Shown in pieces: positions 31,485 through 42,347 of a stretch of DNA of 64,000 nt; within the stretch, counting starts at the first letter, position 1, and every line of letters begins with the position of its first letter. The notes under the pieces are model-generated. The model ran no database searches and had not been told where the DNA came from. It saw only the letters and a program-made list of their open reading frames with translations. Source of the DNA: an uncultured cyanobacterium. GTDB lineage: Bacteria > Cyanobacteriota > Cyanobacteriia > Cyanobacteriales > Cyanobacteriaceae. The position numbers and the translations under genes are program-made. The DNA lies in the NCBI GenBank assembly GCA_963749915.1, contig CAVVOP010000008.1:32001-96000 (forward strand). The letters run 5' to 3'.

Positions 31485-32270
31485 CTACTTTTTCAGATTC
31501 TCTCCCCCAGCAATCACCTCCGCTGTGTCAATTCGATCGCCTTGTTTAATTTTTTCGACTATATCCATACCTTCAGTAACTTTACCAAACACAGCATAAC
31601 TACCGTCAAGGAAAGGTAAATCCGCTAAAGTAAAATAAAACTGAGAGGAAGCAGAATCAGGACTTTGAGATCTAGCCATCGCGATTACACCATAATCATG
31701 TTTTAACTGTGGTGGTTGCTCAATGGTGGTGCTATAAATAATTTCAGGTGGTTTAACGTCTTTTTTCGTTTCCTCATACTGGGGACGGATTTCTAAAGGA
31801 ATATAACGTTGCTTTTGAGTTTGGGGATCATTATAACCGCCAGTACCTAAAGAAGAAACGGGAAAATTAGGGTTTTTGCCTTGAGGATCCCCACCTTGTA
31901 CTACGAAGGGAGCTGGATCTTTAACCACTCGGTGAAAAACTAGACCATTATAAATTCCTTTTTGGACTAAATCAACAAAATTACCCGCCGTAATTGGAGC
32001 ATTATCACCGTCAACCTCAATAGTAATAGGTTGACCATTAACTTTCATCACCACCGTAGCCTTGCCTTCTAATCGAGGTAAATTCATTGTATTTTCAGTA
32101 GTTTGAGTAATTTCAGGAGGATTTTCATTGACAGTTTCTTCAGTGTTAGCATTATTATTTTCTGTAGCAGTATTTGCACCTAACTGCTGACATCCAGATA
32201 AACTAATAGCTGTTACGAGAAACAAAATCAAAAAAACATTGAGATGATTGGAAATTTTCATCACCGTCAT
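31485..32270 (-). CDS. Cyclophilin-type peptidyl-prolyl isomerase (lipoprotein)
   Basis: Lipobox [43 protein letters not shown]. Confidence 0.92.
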   Translation of the reverse strand: MTVMKISNHLNVFLILFLVTAISLSGCQQLGANTATENNNANTEETVNENPPEITQTTENTMNLPRLEGKATVVMKVNGQPITIEVDGDNAPITAGNFVDLVQKGIYNGLVFHRVVKDPAPFVVQGGDPQGKNPNFPVSSLGTGGYNDPQTQKQRYIPLEIRPQYEETKKDVKPPEIIYSTTIEQPPQLKHDYGVIAMARSQSPDSASSQFYFTLADLPFLDGSYAVFGKVTEGMDIVEKIKQGDRIDTAEVIAGGENLKK

Positions 32271-32377
32271 AAAATAAGTGTAATTGGCTCAGATTGAATA
32301 TTATTCAACCCTTAGGATAACTGATAATTAATATTGTGGTGTAGGCATCTTGCCTATGATTGTTAATTGTTAATTGT

Positions 32378-32929
32378 TCACAGTCCTTCTAAAGGTACCG
32401 TTAAGAAACGGGCCAATTCTGCACCTTGATTTTCTAATTTAGCAAGAGAAATCGGTTCACCCACAGGAGTTAAAGGAATATCTCTTTTTGGTTTAACCCT
32501 TAAATATAAAGTTCTTTTGGGGTTTAAACCTTCTTTAATTTCTGCCCTAATAGCCTGAATATCATCCAAATTATAAACTAATTCAATACGGCGATTTTTA
32601 CCGAGGAATCCGAAACGAAAAATAGTAACATTACCTTTTTGTTTATTAAACTCGTTATAACCACCGCCAACATTGAGGAAAACCATTAACCACAAATATA
32701 AGGCTAATAAAGTACCGACTATACCATAGAAAGTGAGAGCAATACCTTGAGGGATGAACTGAAGTTTAGAAGTATCACTAACTATGAGAAGATTGGTATG
32801 AAAGTAACTGGATAAACCAGCGAGTAAGAAACCAATACCGCCGATAGAGACCACACTCGCCCACCATAAATTGCTAAAACGTCTTGCACCAGTGATATCT
32901 TGTCGTAAAACGAAGTTGTTTGTATCCAT
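32378..32929 (-). CDS. ycf4: Photosystem I assembly protein Ycf4
   Basis: GARRFSNLWWA, FIPQGIALTFYG, NVGGGYNEFNK, ELARFLTVPLEG. Confidence 0.96.
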   Translation of the reverse strand: MDTNNFVLRQDITGARRFSNLWWASVVSIGGIGFLLAGLSSYFHTNLLIVSDTSKLQFIPQGIALTFYGIVGTLLALYLWLMVFLNVGGGYNEFNKQKGNVTIFRFGFLGKNRRIELVYNLDDIQAIRAEIKEGLNPKRTLYLRVKPKRDIPLTPVGEPISLAKLENQGAELARFLTVPLEGL

Positions 32930-33114
32930 TATTTATAAAATTATTTTTGCACCTCAACAGAATTAAATTTTAACCAAAAATTCAACTAATATTAACCTTA
33001 GTTTTTTCCGTGAGGTAATTCTTGCTAAGATAGTAAATAATTAAACCGTATTTAAACCATATATATATTTATATATTTATATATTTATTATCCATTATTA
33101 TTATCCATTATCTT

Positions 33115-33726
33115 TTGTTATTCGTGCAATCATCATTCTTTGGTTCTCAAAATTTTTTTCCCTCAACATCACCTACTCAACAATCATCATCTACATTGGT
33201 TCGCCTAGCTAATATGAATGATGTTAGTGATATCGGTGATGTTTTGACCCTTAGTTTTAACAATTTTAATGATTTAACCCTCTGGATTTATCCATTTATC
33301 AAATTGGGTGTTTGTGAAGACTTGCGTAATCGTCTGAAAAAACCTGATCCTGGTCATTTTTGTTTTGTAGCCGTAAATACTATTGCACTGGGAAAAGAAA
33401 GCTCTAGGACGATAATTGGTACTGTAGAATTATCTTTTCGTACGGAGTGTAGTTGGAGGGGAAAAAGAAAATATGCTTATATCGCAAATCTGGCAGTGGG
33501 GGAAAATTATCGCCGTCAGGGCATCGGAAGTCAACTGCTTTCTAAATGCGAAAAAATGGCCAAAAATCTTGGATTTAAAGAGCTTTATCTTCATGTTTTA
33601 GCAAGCAATCAAGGTGGACAACAGTTGTATTCACAAAATGGTTATACTATTCGCAAAATAGAAACTGACTTATTTAGTTTATTCTTACCAAGTAAACGTC
33701 GTTTACTCTTAGCAAAATCCATTTGA
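33115..33726 (+). CDS. GNAT family N-acetyltransferase
   Basis: YIANLAVGENYRRQGIGSQLL acetyl-CoA motif, LYLHVLASNQGGQQLY; TTG start uncertain. Confidence 0.85.
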   Translation: MLFVQSSFFGSQNFFPSTSPTQQSSSTLVRLANMNDVSDIGDVLTLSFNNFNDLTLWIYPFIKLGVCEDLRNRLKKPDPGHFCFVAVNTIALGKESSRTIIGTVELSFRTECSWRGKRKYAYIANLAVGENYRRQGIGSQLLSKCEKMAKNLGFKELYLHVLASNQGGQQLYSQNGYTIRKIETDLFSLFLPSKRRLLLAKSI

Positions 33727-33728
33727 TT

Positions 33729-34178
33729 ATGAGTATTGCCTCCAATTCAATTGAATACGACATAAATGATTTTTTGCGGGATAAAAACTTGTTGGTAATT
33801 AATCCTAAAAAGAAAAATGGCTTAATTCTAATTAAAACTCATTATGCAGAATTTGCCGGCCCCGGTGCAATTGTCGGAGGATGTTTTGATCAAGATTTAC
33901 AAAAAATTATACCCCTGGGTAAATTATCTTTAATTCAACCCTCGAATCGGCAAGAAAGACAACGAGCTTATTTAATTAGAAGACAATGGGTAAGATTAAT
34001 CAAACAAATTACAGATAATCCTATGTCCCACGAAAGGGCACAAGTAATTCTTAATCAATTTGAGCATTGGTTCGATACACAGACAACAAACCAGATCCCC
34101 GATGAAGTATTTGCTCTAATTGTCGGTGTTTTACCGGAGACAATCACTAAAGCCAGAGATTTAGTCAATAGACTTTAA
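33729..34178 (+). CDS. Conserved-looking hypothetical protein (possible degenerate Crp-like fold)
   Basis: AEFAGPGAIVGG; C-terminal HTH-like PDEVFALIVGVLPETI. Confidence 0.55.
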   Translation: MSIASNSIEYDINDFLRDKNLLVINPKKKNGLILIKTHYAEFAGPGAIVGGCFDQDLQKIIPLGKLSLIQPSNRQERQRAYLIRRQWVRLIKQITDNPMSHERAQVILNQFEHWFDTQTTNQIPDEVFALIVGVLPETITKARDLVNRL

Positions 34179-34223
34179 CTGGAATTTTCTTATTTTTGAA
34201 GAGGTCTAATGAGAATTGCTGTG

Positions 34224-34634
34224 CTAATTTTTACTTTTTCCAGAGGATTTTAGCCACTGGAAAGACACTAGGCTTAATAATAGTCCAATTAACAGCAAAA
34301 GTGTCATCAATACCAGTTGGTACCAAGGGGCTAAGACAACAATATCGGCAATAAGATGAGCTAAATTCATCACGGAATAGGCAATGGTCAAGCCAAAGTG
34401 AAAAGTGCGGTAGGACTTAGCGTCCGTAAAGGTGGGGGCAATAATTGCCAGCATTGGGATCACAAAAAATACTAGCATAAAGCCAAAGATAGCGTTCAAA
34501 CTGCCAGTAGCGTGGGAATGCTCCACTTTCATCTCGTGGAAAAGCGGCATCAATCCCAGATCGGTGTGAAATAGGGTTCCCAAAAGGAAAGATGTCCAAA
34601 GAGCACTAATTTTCTGAGGATAATTACTAGACAT
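34224..34634 (-). CDS. Hypothetical four-TM membrane protein
   Basis: Four hydrophobic segments, His-rich loop; ATG at 34634. Confidence 0.65.
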   Translation of the reverse strand: MSSNYPQKISALWTSFLLGTLFHTDLGLMPLFHEMKVEHSHATGSLNAIFGFMLVFFVIPMLAIIAPTFTDAKSYRTFHFGLTIAYSVMNLAHLIADIVVLAPWYQLVLMTLLLLIGLLLSLVSFQWLKSSGKSKN

Positions 34635-34721
34635 AAATTTTCGATTCGAGGAACAAAAGGAAAACAATTAATAATATGCTACAGTTTATGAAAAGATTAT
34701 GAAAATGCCAATAAGTTTCTT

Positions 34722-35654
34722 ATGACGATCAAAAAATTTATCTTTCTCACTAGTTTACTTATTTTGTTAGATAGTTGTAGTCAAAATTCACAAAAATTAT
34801 CAAATAACGTTAACGGTAAACCTCAAGTCGTTTCTACGAGTACAATTATAGCTAATTTAACGGAAGAAATCGGCGGACAGGAGATTAATCATATTAGTAT
34901 TTTACAACCTGGAGCAGATCCTCATATTTATGAACCTGTGCCTCAAGATACGATCGCTTTAGAAAAAGCTGATTTAATTTTATATAACGGTTATAATCTC
35001 GAACCAAATATTATTAAATTGATTAATTCTGCTGGTATTAAAGCTAATAAATTAGCGGTAGGAGAACAGATAAAACCTCTTGATTTTGAGTATGAAGGAC
35101 AGAAAAAACCTGATCCTCATGTTTGGGGGAATGCAGAAAACGGGATTATTATGGTAGAAACAATCCGAGATAAATTAATTGACATTGATCCCGAAAATCA
35201 AAACAAGTTTACTCAAAATGCAGCCCAATTAATCAAGGAATTGCAAGAATTAGATTCATGGATAAAAACTCAAATTGCCACAATTCCCCCCCATCAGAGA
35301 AAATTAATCACCAGTCACGATGCCTTTCAATATTACAGTAATGCTTATGGCTTAGAAATTCCTGGCACTCTCATCGGTATTAGTACGGAAGAACAACCCA
35401 GTGCCCAAACCATTAAAAATCTAGTAGAAATCATCAAAAATAGTGGGGTAAAAGCCATCTTTGCCGAAACTACCATTAACCCTACTTTAATTAAAACTGT
35501 AGCCCGAGAAGCAGGAGTAAAAGTAGCCGAAGGAAAACTCTACTCAGACTCTATTGGTATCAAAGGCGGTGAAGCGGATACCTATATCAAAATTTTAAAA
35601 GCAAACACTCAAACTATTGTGGATGCGTTAACCAGCAATTCTTCAAGCAATTAG
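34722..35654 (+). CDS. Mn/Zn ABC transporter substrate-binding lipoprotein (MntC/ZnuA family)
   Basis: DPHIYEP, DPHVW, SHDAFQY, LYSDS metal-ligand motifs; lipoprotein Cys. Confidence 0.92.
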   Translation: MTIKKFIFLTSLLILLDSCSQNSQKLSNNVNGKPQVVSTSTIIANLTEEIGGQEINHISILQPGADPHIYEPVPQDTIALEKADLILYNGYNLEPNIIKLINSAGIKANKLAVGEQIKPLDFEYEGQKKPDPHVWGNAENGIIMVETIRDKLIDIDPENQNKFTQNAAQLIKELQELDSWIKTQIATIPPHQRKLITSHDAFQYYSNAYGLEIPGTLIGISTEEQPSAQTIKNLVEIIKNSGVKAIFAETTINPTLIKTVAREAGVKVAEGKLYSDSIGIKGGEADTYIKILKANTQTIVDALTSNSSSN

Positions 35655-35811
35655 TTAAATCGGTGAAGGTGGCAAAATCCCACAACAGTTGATGCTAAAT
35701 CTTCTAGGCCTTCTAAGTCTTTTAAGTCTTTGACGGATAGACTCTTAATCATAGTCTTTTTTAGGATGAAATGTACAATTATATTTACTGACTAACTTAC
35801 GATAAATTTTT

Positions 35812-35919
35812 ATGGTGAAAATAGTTAACAAACGATCCCTCGGTATTCAGCCAGTCTATGATATTGGGGTAGAAACAGATCACAATTTTGTATTAGCCAA
35901 TGGTTTAGTTGCCTCTAAC
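35812..35919 (+). other. Split DnaE intein, C-terminal half (36 aa)
   Basis: Block F VYDIGV..DHNFVL and block G ending SN|CFN. Confidence 0.95.
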
Positions 35920-37155
35920 TGCTTCAATAAATCCCACTCTACCGCCTACGCTTATGTCACTTATCAAACAGCCTATTTAAAAGCTAATTATCCTGTGGAA
36001 TATATGTCGGCTTTATTGACGGCTAGTAGCGATAATCAGGACAAAATCGAGAAATATCGAGAAAATTGTCTAAAGATGGGTATTGATGTTAAACCGCCTG
36101 ATATTAACTATTCCCACAAGGAATTTATGCCTCAAGGTAAAGATATCTTATTTGGTTTCTCAGCGGTAAAAAATTTAGGAGAATCTGCCATTGAAAATAT
36201 ATTAGAAGCAAGGAAAAAAGCGGGAGGAAAGTTCCTTAATTTTGCTGATTTTATCGGAAGAATTAACTTAAAAACTGTCAATCGTCGAGCTTTAGAAACT
36301 TTAACTTATGCGGGGGGATTTGATTCAATTCACGAGAACCGCCGACAGTTAATTGAGAGTTTGGATTTGATGATTACTTGGTCACAAAAGCGTATCAAAG
36401 AACAAGAAACGGGACAGTTGAATGTTTTTGATTTAATGTTACCTGATGAGTCTGAATCTACATCAGAAGTTCACTATGAAAATGCACCACAATTACCGAA
36501 TGTTTCCGATTTTTCTGTACAAGAAAAACTCAAATCGGAAAAAGAACATTTAGGATTTTATGTATCGGAACACCCTTTAAAACCACTAAAAAATATAGCT
36601 AAAATATTATCTCCCATTGATATTGGTGAATTATCAGCACAAAAAACAAGGAAAAAAATTTGTGCCATCGTAATGTTAACAACTATCAAAAATCATATTG
36701 ATAAAAATAATAATAATATGGCTTTTTTGACGGTAGAAGACATTTCTGGTCAAGCCGATGCCATTGTTTTTGCTAGTAATTATGACCAAGTAAAGGATAA
36801 TTTACTAGAAGATACTCCTGTAATTATTTGGGGAAAAGCAGATCATAAAGATGATAAATCACAAATTATTATTAATAACATTAACAGAATGGAAAATGTC
36901 ACAATAGTTTATATTCGGCTTACCCCCGAACAGGCCTGTCAACCCCAAATACAAGGAAAATTAAAGAGTATGTTGCAAGAACAATCAGGGGATAAAAACG
37001 ATGCGGTAATTCCTGTTGTGGCTATTGTGGATAGTTTACAGGAAAGAATTTTTGTGCGTTCAGGAGATAACTATTGGGTACAAAATGCCGAAAATACCGT
37101 TGAATCCCTGATCAATGGTGGTTTTTCTGCTTATACTCAACTGCTTAATCAATAA
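35812..37155 (+). CDS. dnaE: DNA polymerase III alpha, C-terminal split gene with DnaE C-intein
   Basis: C-intein MVKIV...VYDIGVETDHNFVLANGLVASN then extein CFNKSHSTAY; EKEHLGFYVSEHPL, OB fold. Confidence 0.97.
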   Translation: MVKIVNKRSLGIQPVYDIGVETDHNFVLANGLVASNCFNKSHSTAYAYVTYQTAYLKANYPVEYMSALLTASSDNQDKIEKYRENCLKMGIDVKPPDINYSHKEFMPQGKDILFGFSAVKNLGESAIENILEARKKAGGKFLNFADFIGRINLKTVNRRALETLTYAGGFDSIHENRRQLIESLDLMITWSQKRIKEQETGQLNVFDLMLPDESESTSEVHYENAPQLPNVSDFSVQEKLKSEKEHLGFYVSEHPLKPLKNIAKILSPIDIGELSAQKTRKKICAIVMLTTIKNHIDKNNNNMAFLTVEDISGQADAIVFASNYDQVKDNLLEDTPVIIWGKADHKDDKSQIIINNINRMENVTIVYIRLTPEQACQPQIQGKLKSMLQEQSGDKNDAVIPVVAIVDSLQERIFVRSGDNYWVQNAENTVESLINGGFSAYTQLLNQ

Positions 37156-37480
37156 ATTTACTTGTTTAACCTTAATCACCTTTGGTAAAGGTGAAAACAG
37201 AGGAGAATAGTATTTTGTCCGCACATTTATTTTGAATTTATGCAAAAATTCTGAGAGAAATGTGACAATTTGTTAAAAAATTTGTTAGAAATAGAAATAG
37301 CAAGTTTAAAGGCATACCTAAATCTTGTCTTTAAACAGGGTTACACTAACGGCTAACTCATGCTATATTAAGAAAAGTTAATTGCATATCAGTATTATTG
37401 CTGAGTGGCAACTTCGTCTCCAATAATAATAGTAGAGACAAAAAAAAAGTAAAACTTGATAAGTTAAAAAAAGAAAGATT

Positions 37481-38539
37481 ATGACCATTGCAGTCGGACG
37501 TGCACCAGCAGAAAGAGGGTGGTTTGATGCCCTTGATGACTGGCTCAAAAGAGACCGCTTTGTATTCGTTGGTTGGTCCGGTATTCTTCTGTTTCCCTGT
37601 GCTTATTTAGCATTAGGGGGCTGGTTAACTGGTACGACCTTCGTTACCTCTTGGTACACTCACGGTTTAGCCAGTTCTTATTTAGAAGGTGCTAACTTCT
37701 TAACTGTGGCTGTATCTAGTCCCGCGGACGTTTTTGGACATTCCTTACTGTTTTTGTGGGGACCTGAAGCTCAAGGAAGTTTAACTCGCTGGTTTCAAAT
37801 CGGTGGTTTATGGCCTTTCGTAGCCTTACACGGAGCTTTTGCTTTAATCGGCTTCATGTTACGTCAATTTGAGATTTCTCGTCTTGTGGGGATTCGTCCT
37901 TATAATGCTATCGCTTTCTCTGGTCCTATAGCCGTATTTGTTAGTGTGTTTTTAATGTATCCTTTAGGACAATCTAGCTGGTTTTTTGCTCCTTCTTTTG
38001 GAGTAGCAGGAATCTTCCGCTTTATCTTATTCTTACAAGGATTTCATAACTGGACACTCAACCCCTTCCACATGATGGGTGTTGCCGGAATTTTGGGTGG
38101 TGCATTGCTTTGTGCTATTCACGGTGCAACGGTAGAAAATACCTTATTCCAAGATGGTGAACAGGCAAACACTTTCCGTGCCTTTGAACCTACCCAAGCT
38201 GAAGAAACCTATTCTATGGTGACAGCAAACCGTTTCTGGTCTCAAATCTTCGGAATTGCATTCTCCAACAAACGTTGGTTACACTTCTTTATGTTGTTTG
38301 TACCTGTCACTGGATTGTGGATGAGTTCCATTGGGATTGTCGGTTTAGCCTTTAACCTCCGTGCTTATGACTTCGTCTCTCAAGAATTAAGAGCGGCGGA
38401 AGATCCAGAGTTTGAGACTTTTTATACCAAAAACATCCTATTAAACGAAGGGTTGCGCGCATGGATGGCGCCTCAAGATCAACCCCACGAAAAATTTGTA
38501 TTCCCTGAGGAGGTACTTCCACGTGGTAACGCTCTCTAA
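37481..38539 (+). CDS. psbD: Photosystem II D2 protein
   Basis: [34 protein letters not shown] ... [10 protein letters not shown]. Confidence 0.99.
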   Translation: MTIAVGRAPAERGWFDALDDWLKRDRFVFVGWSGILLFPCAYLALGGWLTGTTFVTSWYTHGLASSYLEGANFLTVAVSSPADVFGHSLLFLWGPEAQGSLTRWFQIGGLWPFVALHGAFALIGFMLRQFEISRLVGIRPYNAIAFSGPIAVFVSVFLMYPLGQSSWFFAPSFGVAGIFRFILFLQGFHNWTLNPFHMMGVAGILGGALLCAIHGATVENTLFQDGEQANTFRAFEPTQAEETYSMVTANRFWSQIFGIAFSNKRWLHFFMLFVPVTGLWMSSIGIVGLAFNLRAYDFVSQELRAAEDPEFETFYTKNILLNEGLRAWMAPQDQPHEKFVFPEEVLPRGNAL

Positions 38540-39899
38540 TCCCATCGGCGGTCGTGACCTAGAATCTACCGGTTTTGCATGGTGGTCTGGTAATGCTAGA
38601 CTTATCAATCTTTCCGGTAAATTATTAGGTGCTCACGTTGCCCATGCAGGTCTAATTGTCTTCTGGGCTGGCGCAATGACCTTATTCGAAACTGCTCACT
38701 TCATACCTGAAAAGCCTATGTATGAACAGGGCTTCATTCTTTTACCCCACATTGCTACTTTAGGCTGGGGTGTAGGTGCCGGTGGTGAAGTAACCGATGT
38801 TTTCCCCTTCTTTGTAGTGGGTGTTCTTCACCTTATCTCCTCTGCCGTTTTAGGTTTAGGTGGTCTTTATCACGCTTTACGTGGTCCTGAAACTTTAGAA
38901 GAATATTCTAGTTTCTTTGGCTATGATTGGAAAGATAAAAACCAAATGACCAATATTATTGGTTACCACTTAATCCTTTTGGGTATCGGTGCTTTCTTAC
39001 TCGTATTCAAAGCCATGTTTTTTGGTGGTGTCTATGATACTTGGGCCCCCGGTGGTGGTGATGTTCGTGTGATTACCAACCCAACCCTTAACCCGGCGAT
39101 TATCTTTGGTTACTTAATCAAGGCACCCTTTGGTGGGGAAGGTTGGATTGTTAGTGTCGATAACATGGAAGACATTATCGGTGGTCATATCTGGGTTGGC
39201 TTAATCTGTATCTTCGGTGGTATTTGGCACATCTTAACTAAGCCTTTTGCTTGGGTTCGTCGTGCCTTCATCTGGTCTGGTGAAGCCTATCTTTCCTACA
39301 GCTTAGGTGCTTTATCCTTAATGGGATTCATCGCTTCTACTATGGTCTGGTACAACAATACCGCATATCCCAGTGAGTTCTATGGTCCTACTGGTGCTGA
39401 AGCATCTCAGGCTCAGGCTTTAACTTACTTAATCCGTGACCAACGCTTAGGTGCTAACGTCGGTTCTGCTCAAGGACCTACCGGATTAGGTAAATACTTA
39501 ATGCGTTCTCCTACTGGGGAAATCATTTTCGGTGGTGAAACCATGCGTTTCTGGGACTTCAGAGGTCCTTGGTTAGAGCCCCTTCGTGGTCCTAATGGTT
39601 TAGACTTAGATAAAGTCAGAAACGATATTCAACCTTGGCAAGTACGTCGTGCTGCTGAATATATGACCCACGCACCCTTAGGTTCCTTAAACTCTGTAGG
39701 TGGTGTGATTACCGACGTAAATTCATTTAACTATGTATCTCCCCGTGCATGGTTAGCAACTTCTCACTTCACTTTAGGTTTCTTCTTCTTAGTTGGTCAT
39801 TTATGGCACGCTGGAAGAGCTCGTGCTGCTGCTGGTGGTTTCGAGAAAGGGATTGATCGTGAAACTGAACCTACTTTAGCAATGCCAGATCTTGACTAA
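38523..39899 (+). CDS. psbC: Photosystem II CP43
   Basis: GTG start overlapping the psbD end; [35 protein letters not shown]. Confidence 0.98.
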   Translation: MVTLSNPIGGRDLESTGFAWWSGNARLINLSGKLLGAHVAHAGLIVFWAGAMTLFETAHFIPEKPMYEQGFILLPHIATLGWGVGAGGEVTDVFPFFVVGVLHLISSAVLGLGGLYHALRGPETLEEYSSFFGYDWKDKNQMTNIIGYHLILLGIGAFLLVFKAMFFGGVYDTWAPGGGDVRVITNPTLNPAIIFGYLIKAPFGGEGWIVSVDNMEDIIGGHIWVGLICIFGGIWHILTKPFAWVRRAFIWSGEAYLSYSLGALSLMGFIASTMVWYNNTAYPSEFYGPTGAEASQAQALTYLIRDQRLGANVGSAQGPTGLGKYLMRSPTGEIIFGGETMRFWDFRGPWLEPLRGPNGLDLDKVRNDIQPWQVRRAAEYMTHAPLGSLNSVGGVITDVNSFNYVSPRAWLATSHFTLGFFFLVGHLWHAGRARAAAGGFEKGIDRETEPTLAMPDLD

Positions 39900-39933
39900 G
39901 ATTATTTTAGTTTTAAATCCTTGCTAAATCAAT

Positions 39934-39964
39934 AAGCCTCCTCCTTCATGGTGGAGGCTTTTTC
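39934..39964 (+). terminator. psbDC terminator
   Basis: AAGCCTCC...GGAGGCTT stem followed by a T-tract. Confidence 0.8.
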
Positions 39965-39988
39965 TTGGCGGAGTATGGCAAATGATTA

Positions 39989-40218
39989 GACCTCTTGCAA
40001 AAATAGATTTCTCAGTTAGGTAATTTTGGATCTCTTGGTCGGCATTCCCTCTCTTGGTGGACGTTCCCTTGCGACTTCCGTCGTCGCGGGCTTCCACCGC
40101 TTGCGCCTTTCGGCGGCGCGGGGTCCGACCGCTTTTGGATTTTGGATTTTGGATTATCCAAGCCTTTCTGACTCCTGACTTCTCTGACGACCAGATTTTT
40201 TGACTTTTGCAAGAGGTC
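39989..40218. mobile_element. MITE with GACCTCTTGCAAAA TIRs and TA flanks, carrying nested GC-rich mini-repeats
   Basis: TA-GACCTCTTGCAAAA ... TTTTGCAAGAGGTC-TA; same TIR family at 61586-61875 and a lone end at about 34194-34208. Confidence 0.85.
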
Positions 40219-40220
40219 TA

Positions 40221-41753
40221 TTAACTTAAACTGCGAATTGCCTCTAATAAACCTCTAGCTTTATTTAAAGTTTCTTGATATTCTTTTTCGGGATCTGAAT
40301 CCGCTACCAATCCGGCCCCGGCTTGAACGGATACCCGATAATTTTCCGTACTGTCTAACCTTTCCACAATCATGGTTCTAATAGTTATGGCTGTATTTAG
40401 TTGTCCTTCAAAGTCATAATAACCGTAAACTCCCGAATAAGGACCCCGCCTTTGAGGTTCTAATTCATTGATAATTTCCATGGCACGAATTTTGGGTGCA
40501 CCACTTACCGTACCTGCAGGAAAGGCGGCTTTTAATAAATCCCAAGGCGTATAGTCTTTGGCCAATTCTCCCACAACATTGCTAACGATGTGCATTACAT
40601 GAGAATAACGCTCGATAACCATCAATTCATCGACATTAACGCTACCTTTGACACATACTCTCCCTAAGTCATTTCTGCCCAAATCGACCAACATAACATG
40701 TTCAGCGATTTCTTTGGGATCATGTAATAAGTCTGTAGCTAAAGTTTGATCTTCTTGATAGGTTTTTCCCCTCGGTCTTGTTCCTGCAATCGGACGTAAT
40801 ATGGCTTTAGTTTTTCCCTCTGCGGTTTTCGTGGCTTTCACCATTACTTCCGGTGATGAACCAATAATTTGCCATCCATTAAAGTTGTAATAAGCCATAT
40901 AGGGTGAGGGATTAATTAGCCGCAAAGATCGATATAATTCAAAAGGGTTCCCTTGGTATTGAGCTTGTAATCGCTGGGAAATAACTACTTGAAATATATC
41001 TCCTGCTTTAATATACTCTTTCGCTTTTTCTACATTGTCACAAAATTTTTCTTTGGTAATGTTACTGGTATATTTTGTGTTGTGAGAGTCTTGATTATTT
41101 TTACTGGGGTTAAACTCTAAAGGTTTTGCCAACACTGGTAAAGGTAATTGTAACTTCAACACTAATTTGGTGATTTTGTCACAAGCCTGATGATAAATTT
41201 CTTCTAGGGTTAAATCTTCCTCTCTTAAATCCGCATAGGCGATCGCCCAAATTTTCCGTTTAACCTGATCAAAAATGATGAAATTATCTATCTGCATCCA
41301 GATTCCGTCTGGCAAATCCCCTTCCTGTGGAGGATAAATTTTGACTTTTGGTTCAATCCATGATATTAGTTCGTAACCCCAATAACCGAATAGGCCGCCA
41401 ATCCCTGGAGGTAATTCGGGTAAATTGACGGGTTTAATCGATTCTAAACAATGACTGACAATATCAAAAGGGTTACCTGTAAAAGTTTCTATCCTGCCGT
41501 CACGGTGAATTTGTTTAGTTTGATTACCTTTCGCTTCTAACACCCATACAGGATCGCAACCCAAAAAACTGTATCTTCCCAGATTTTCTCCCCCTTCCAC
41601 CGATTCTAATAAAAAACTGTAAGGTTGATCAGCACAAACTTTATACCATGCTGACACGGGGGTTTCTAAATCCGCCACCAATTCTCGATAGATAGGGATA
41701 AAATTTCCCTTGTGTGTTAAAGCCAAAAATTCGGGGAAATCAGGAAAGATCAT
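40221..41753 (-). CDS. trpE: Anthranilate synthase component I
   Basis: LLESVEGGENLGRYSF, GDIFQVVISQR, NPSPYM, RPIAGTRPRG, AEHVMLVDLGRND, GTVSGAPKIRAMEII. Confidence 0.95.
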   Translation of the reverse strand: MIFPDFPEFLALTHKGNFIPIYRELVADLETPVSAWYKVCADQPYSFLLESVEGGENLGRYSFLGCDPVWVLEAKGNQTKQIHRDGRIETFTGNPFDIVSHCLESIKPVNLPELPPGIGGLFGYWGYELISWIEPKVKIYPPQEGDLPDGIWMQIDNFIIFDQVKRKIWAIAYADLREEDLTLEEIYHQACDKITKLVLKLQLPLPVLAKPLEFNPSKNNQDSHNTKYTSNITKEKFCDNVEKAKEYIKAGDIFQVVISQRLQAQYQGNPFELYRSLRLINPSPYMAYYNFNGWQIIGSSPEVMVKATKTAEGKTKAILRPIAGTRPRGKTYQEDQTLATDLLHDPKEIAEHVMLVDLGRNDLGRVCVKGSVNVDELMVIERYSHVMHIVSNVVGELAKDYTPWDLLKAAFPAGTVSGAPKIRAMEIINELEPQRRGPYSGVYGYYDFEGQLNTAITIRTMIVERLDSTENYRVSVQAGAGLVADSDPEKEYQETLNKARGLLEAIRSLS

Positions 41754-42060
41754 GATTACCAAAGAAAATGATTTAATTTAATAGAATAATTTTACCTTAC
41801 AATCGCTTTTTTATCCCAATGGGTAGTTGATCAGGGAAAACTAGATTCGTAGGCGTTGGTGAATTGAGCTATGAAATTCTCTTTAAATGATAAAGCTATT
41901 TTCCTACAAAAAGCCCTCTTGACTCTACCTCAATTTTCTTTTTTCATTTTGGTGAAGGAATTGCCTTTTCTAAGGCAATTATTTTTACCTAAGTTCTAAA
42001 AACGATATTTAATCATATTATGGAATAGATAAGTCTATCGATAAATTGTGGGAAAAAATA

Positions 42061-42225
42061 ATGAAGATTGAACGTCAATATATTATTCTTCTATCATTGT
42101 CCATATTAACTGCTAGCATCGTGCCTAATTTTTGGGAATTAGGTATGACAGGAATAGTTGGTTTTTTTTTAGCCTATTTGAGTAAAGGTAGTCGTAAACA
42201 GAAAAAAACTAGGGTGGCAAAATAG
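42061..42225 (+). CDS. Putative 54-aa two-TM small membrane protein (not in ORF track)
   Basis: MKIERQYIILLSLSILTASIVPNFWELGMTGIVGFFLAYLSKGSRKQKKTRVAK*: two hydrophobic helices and a basic tail. Confidence 0.5.
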   Translation: MKIERQYIILLSLSILTASIVPNFWELGMTGIVGFFLAYLSKGSRKQKKTRVAK

Positions 42226-42347
42226 GCTAGTGGTTGAATGCAGAATTAAGAATGTAGAATGCAGAATGAAAAACCCTTTATTTTCAGTTTAATTTTGCCA
42301 CCCTAAATTATTATGAATGGTTAATTGTTCTTGTTTATTATTTCCAA

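Noticed and set aside
33059..33112. AT-rich tandem low-complexity tract upstream of the GNAT gene
   Set aside because: Simple slippage-type sequence with no supporting structure
40032..40133. tRNA or CRISPR repeat interpretation of the GC-rich island
   Set aside because: No T-loop/D-loop consensus or CCA end, and no repeat-spacer periodicity
40012..40212. 66-aa minus-strand ORF
   Set aside because: Lies wholly inside the MITE and nested repeats; the peptide is repeat-derived
41852..41880. GGCGTTGGTGAATTGAGCTATGA as an IS1-like end
   Set aside because: No partner inverted repeat or transposase found nearby; too weak to call
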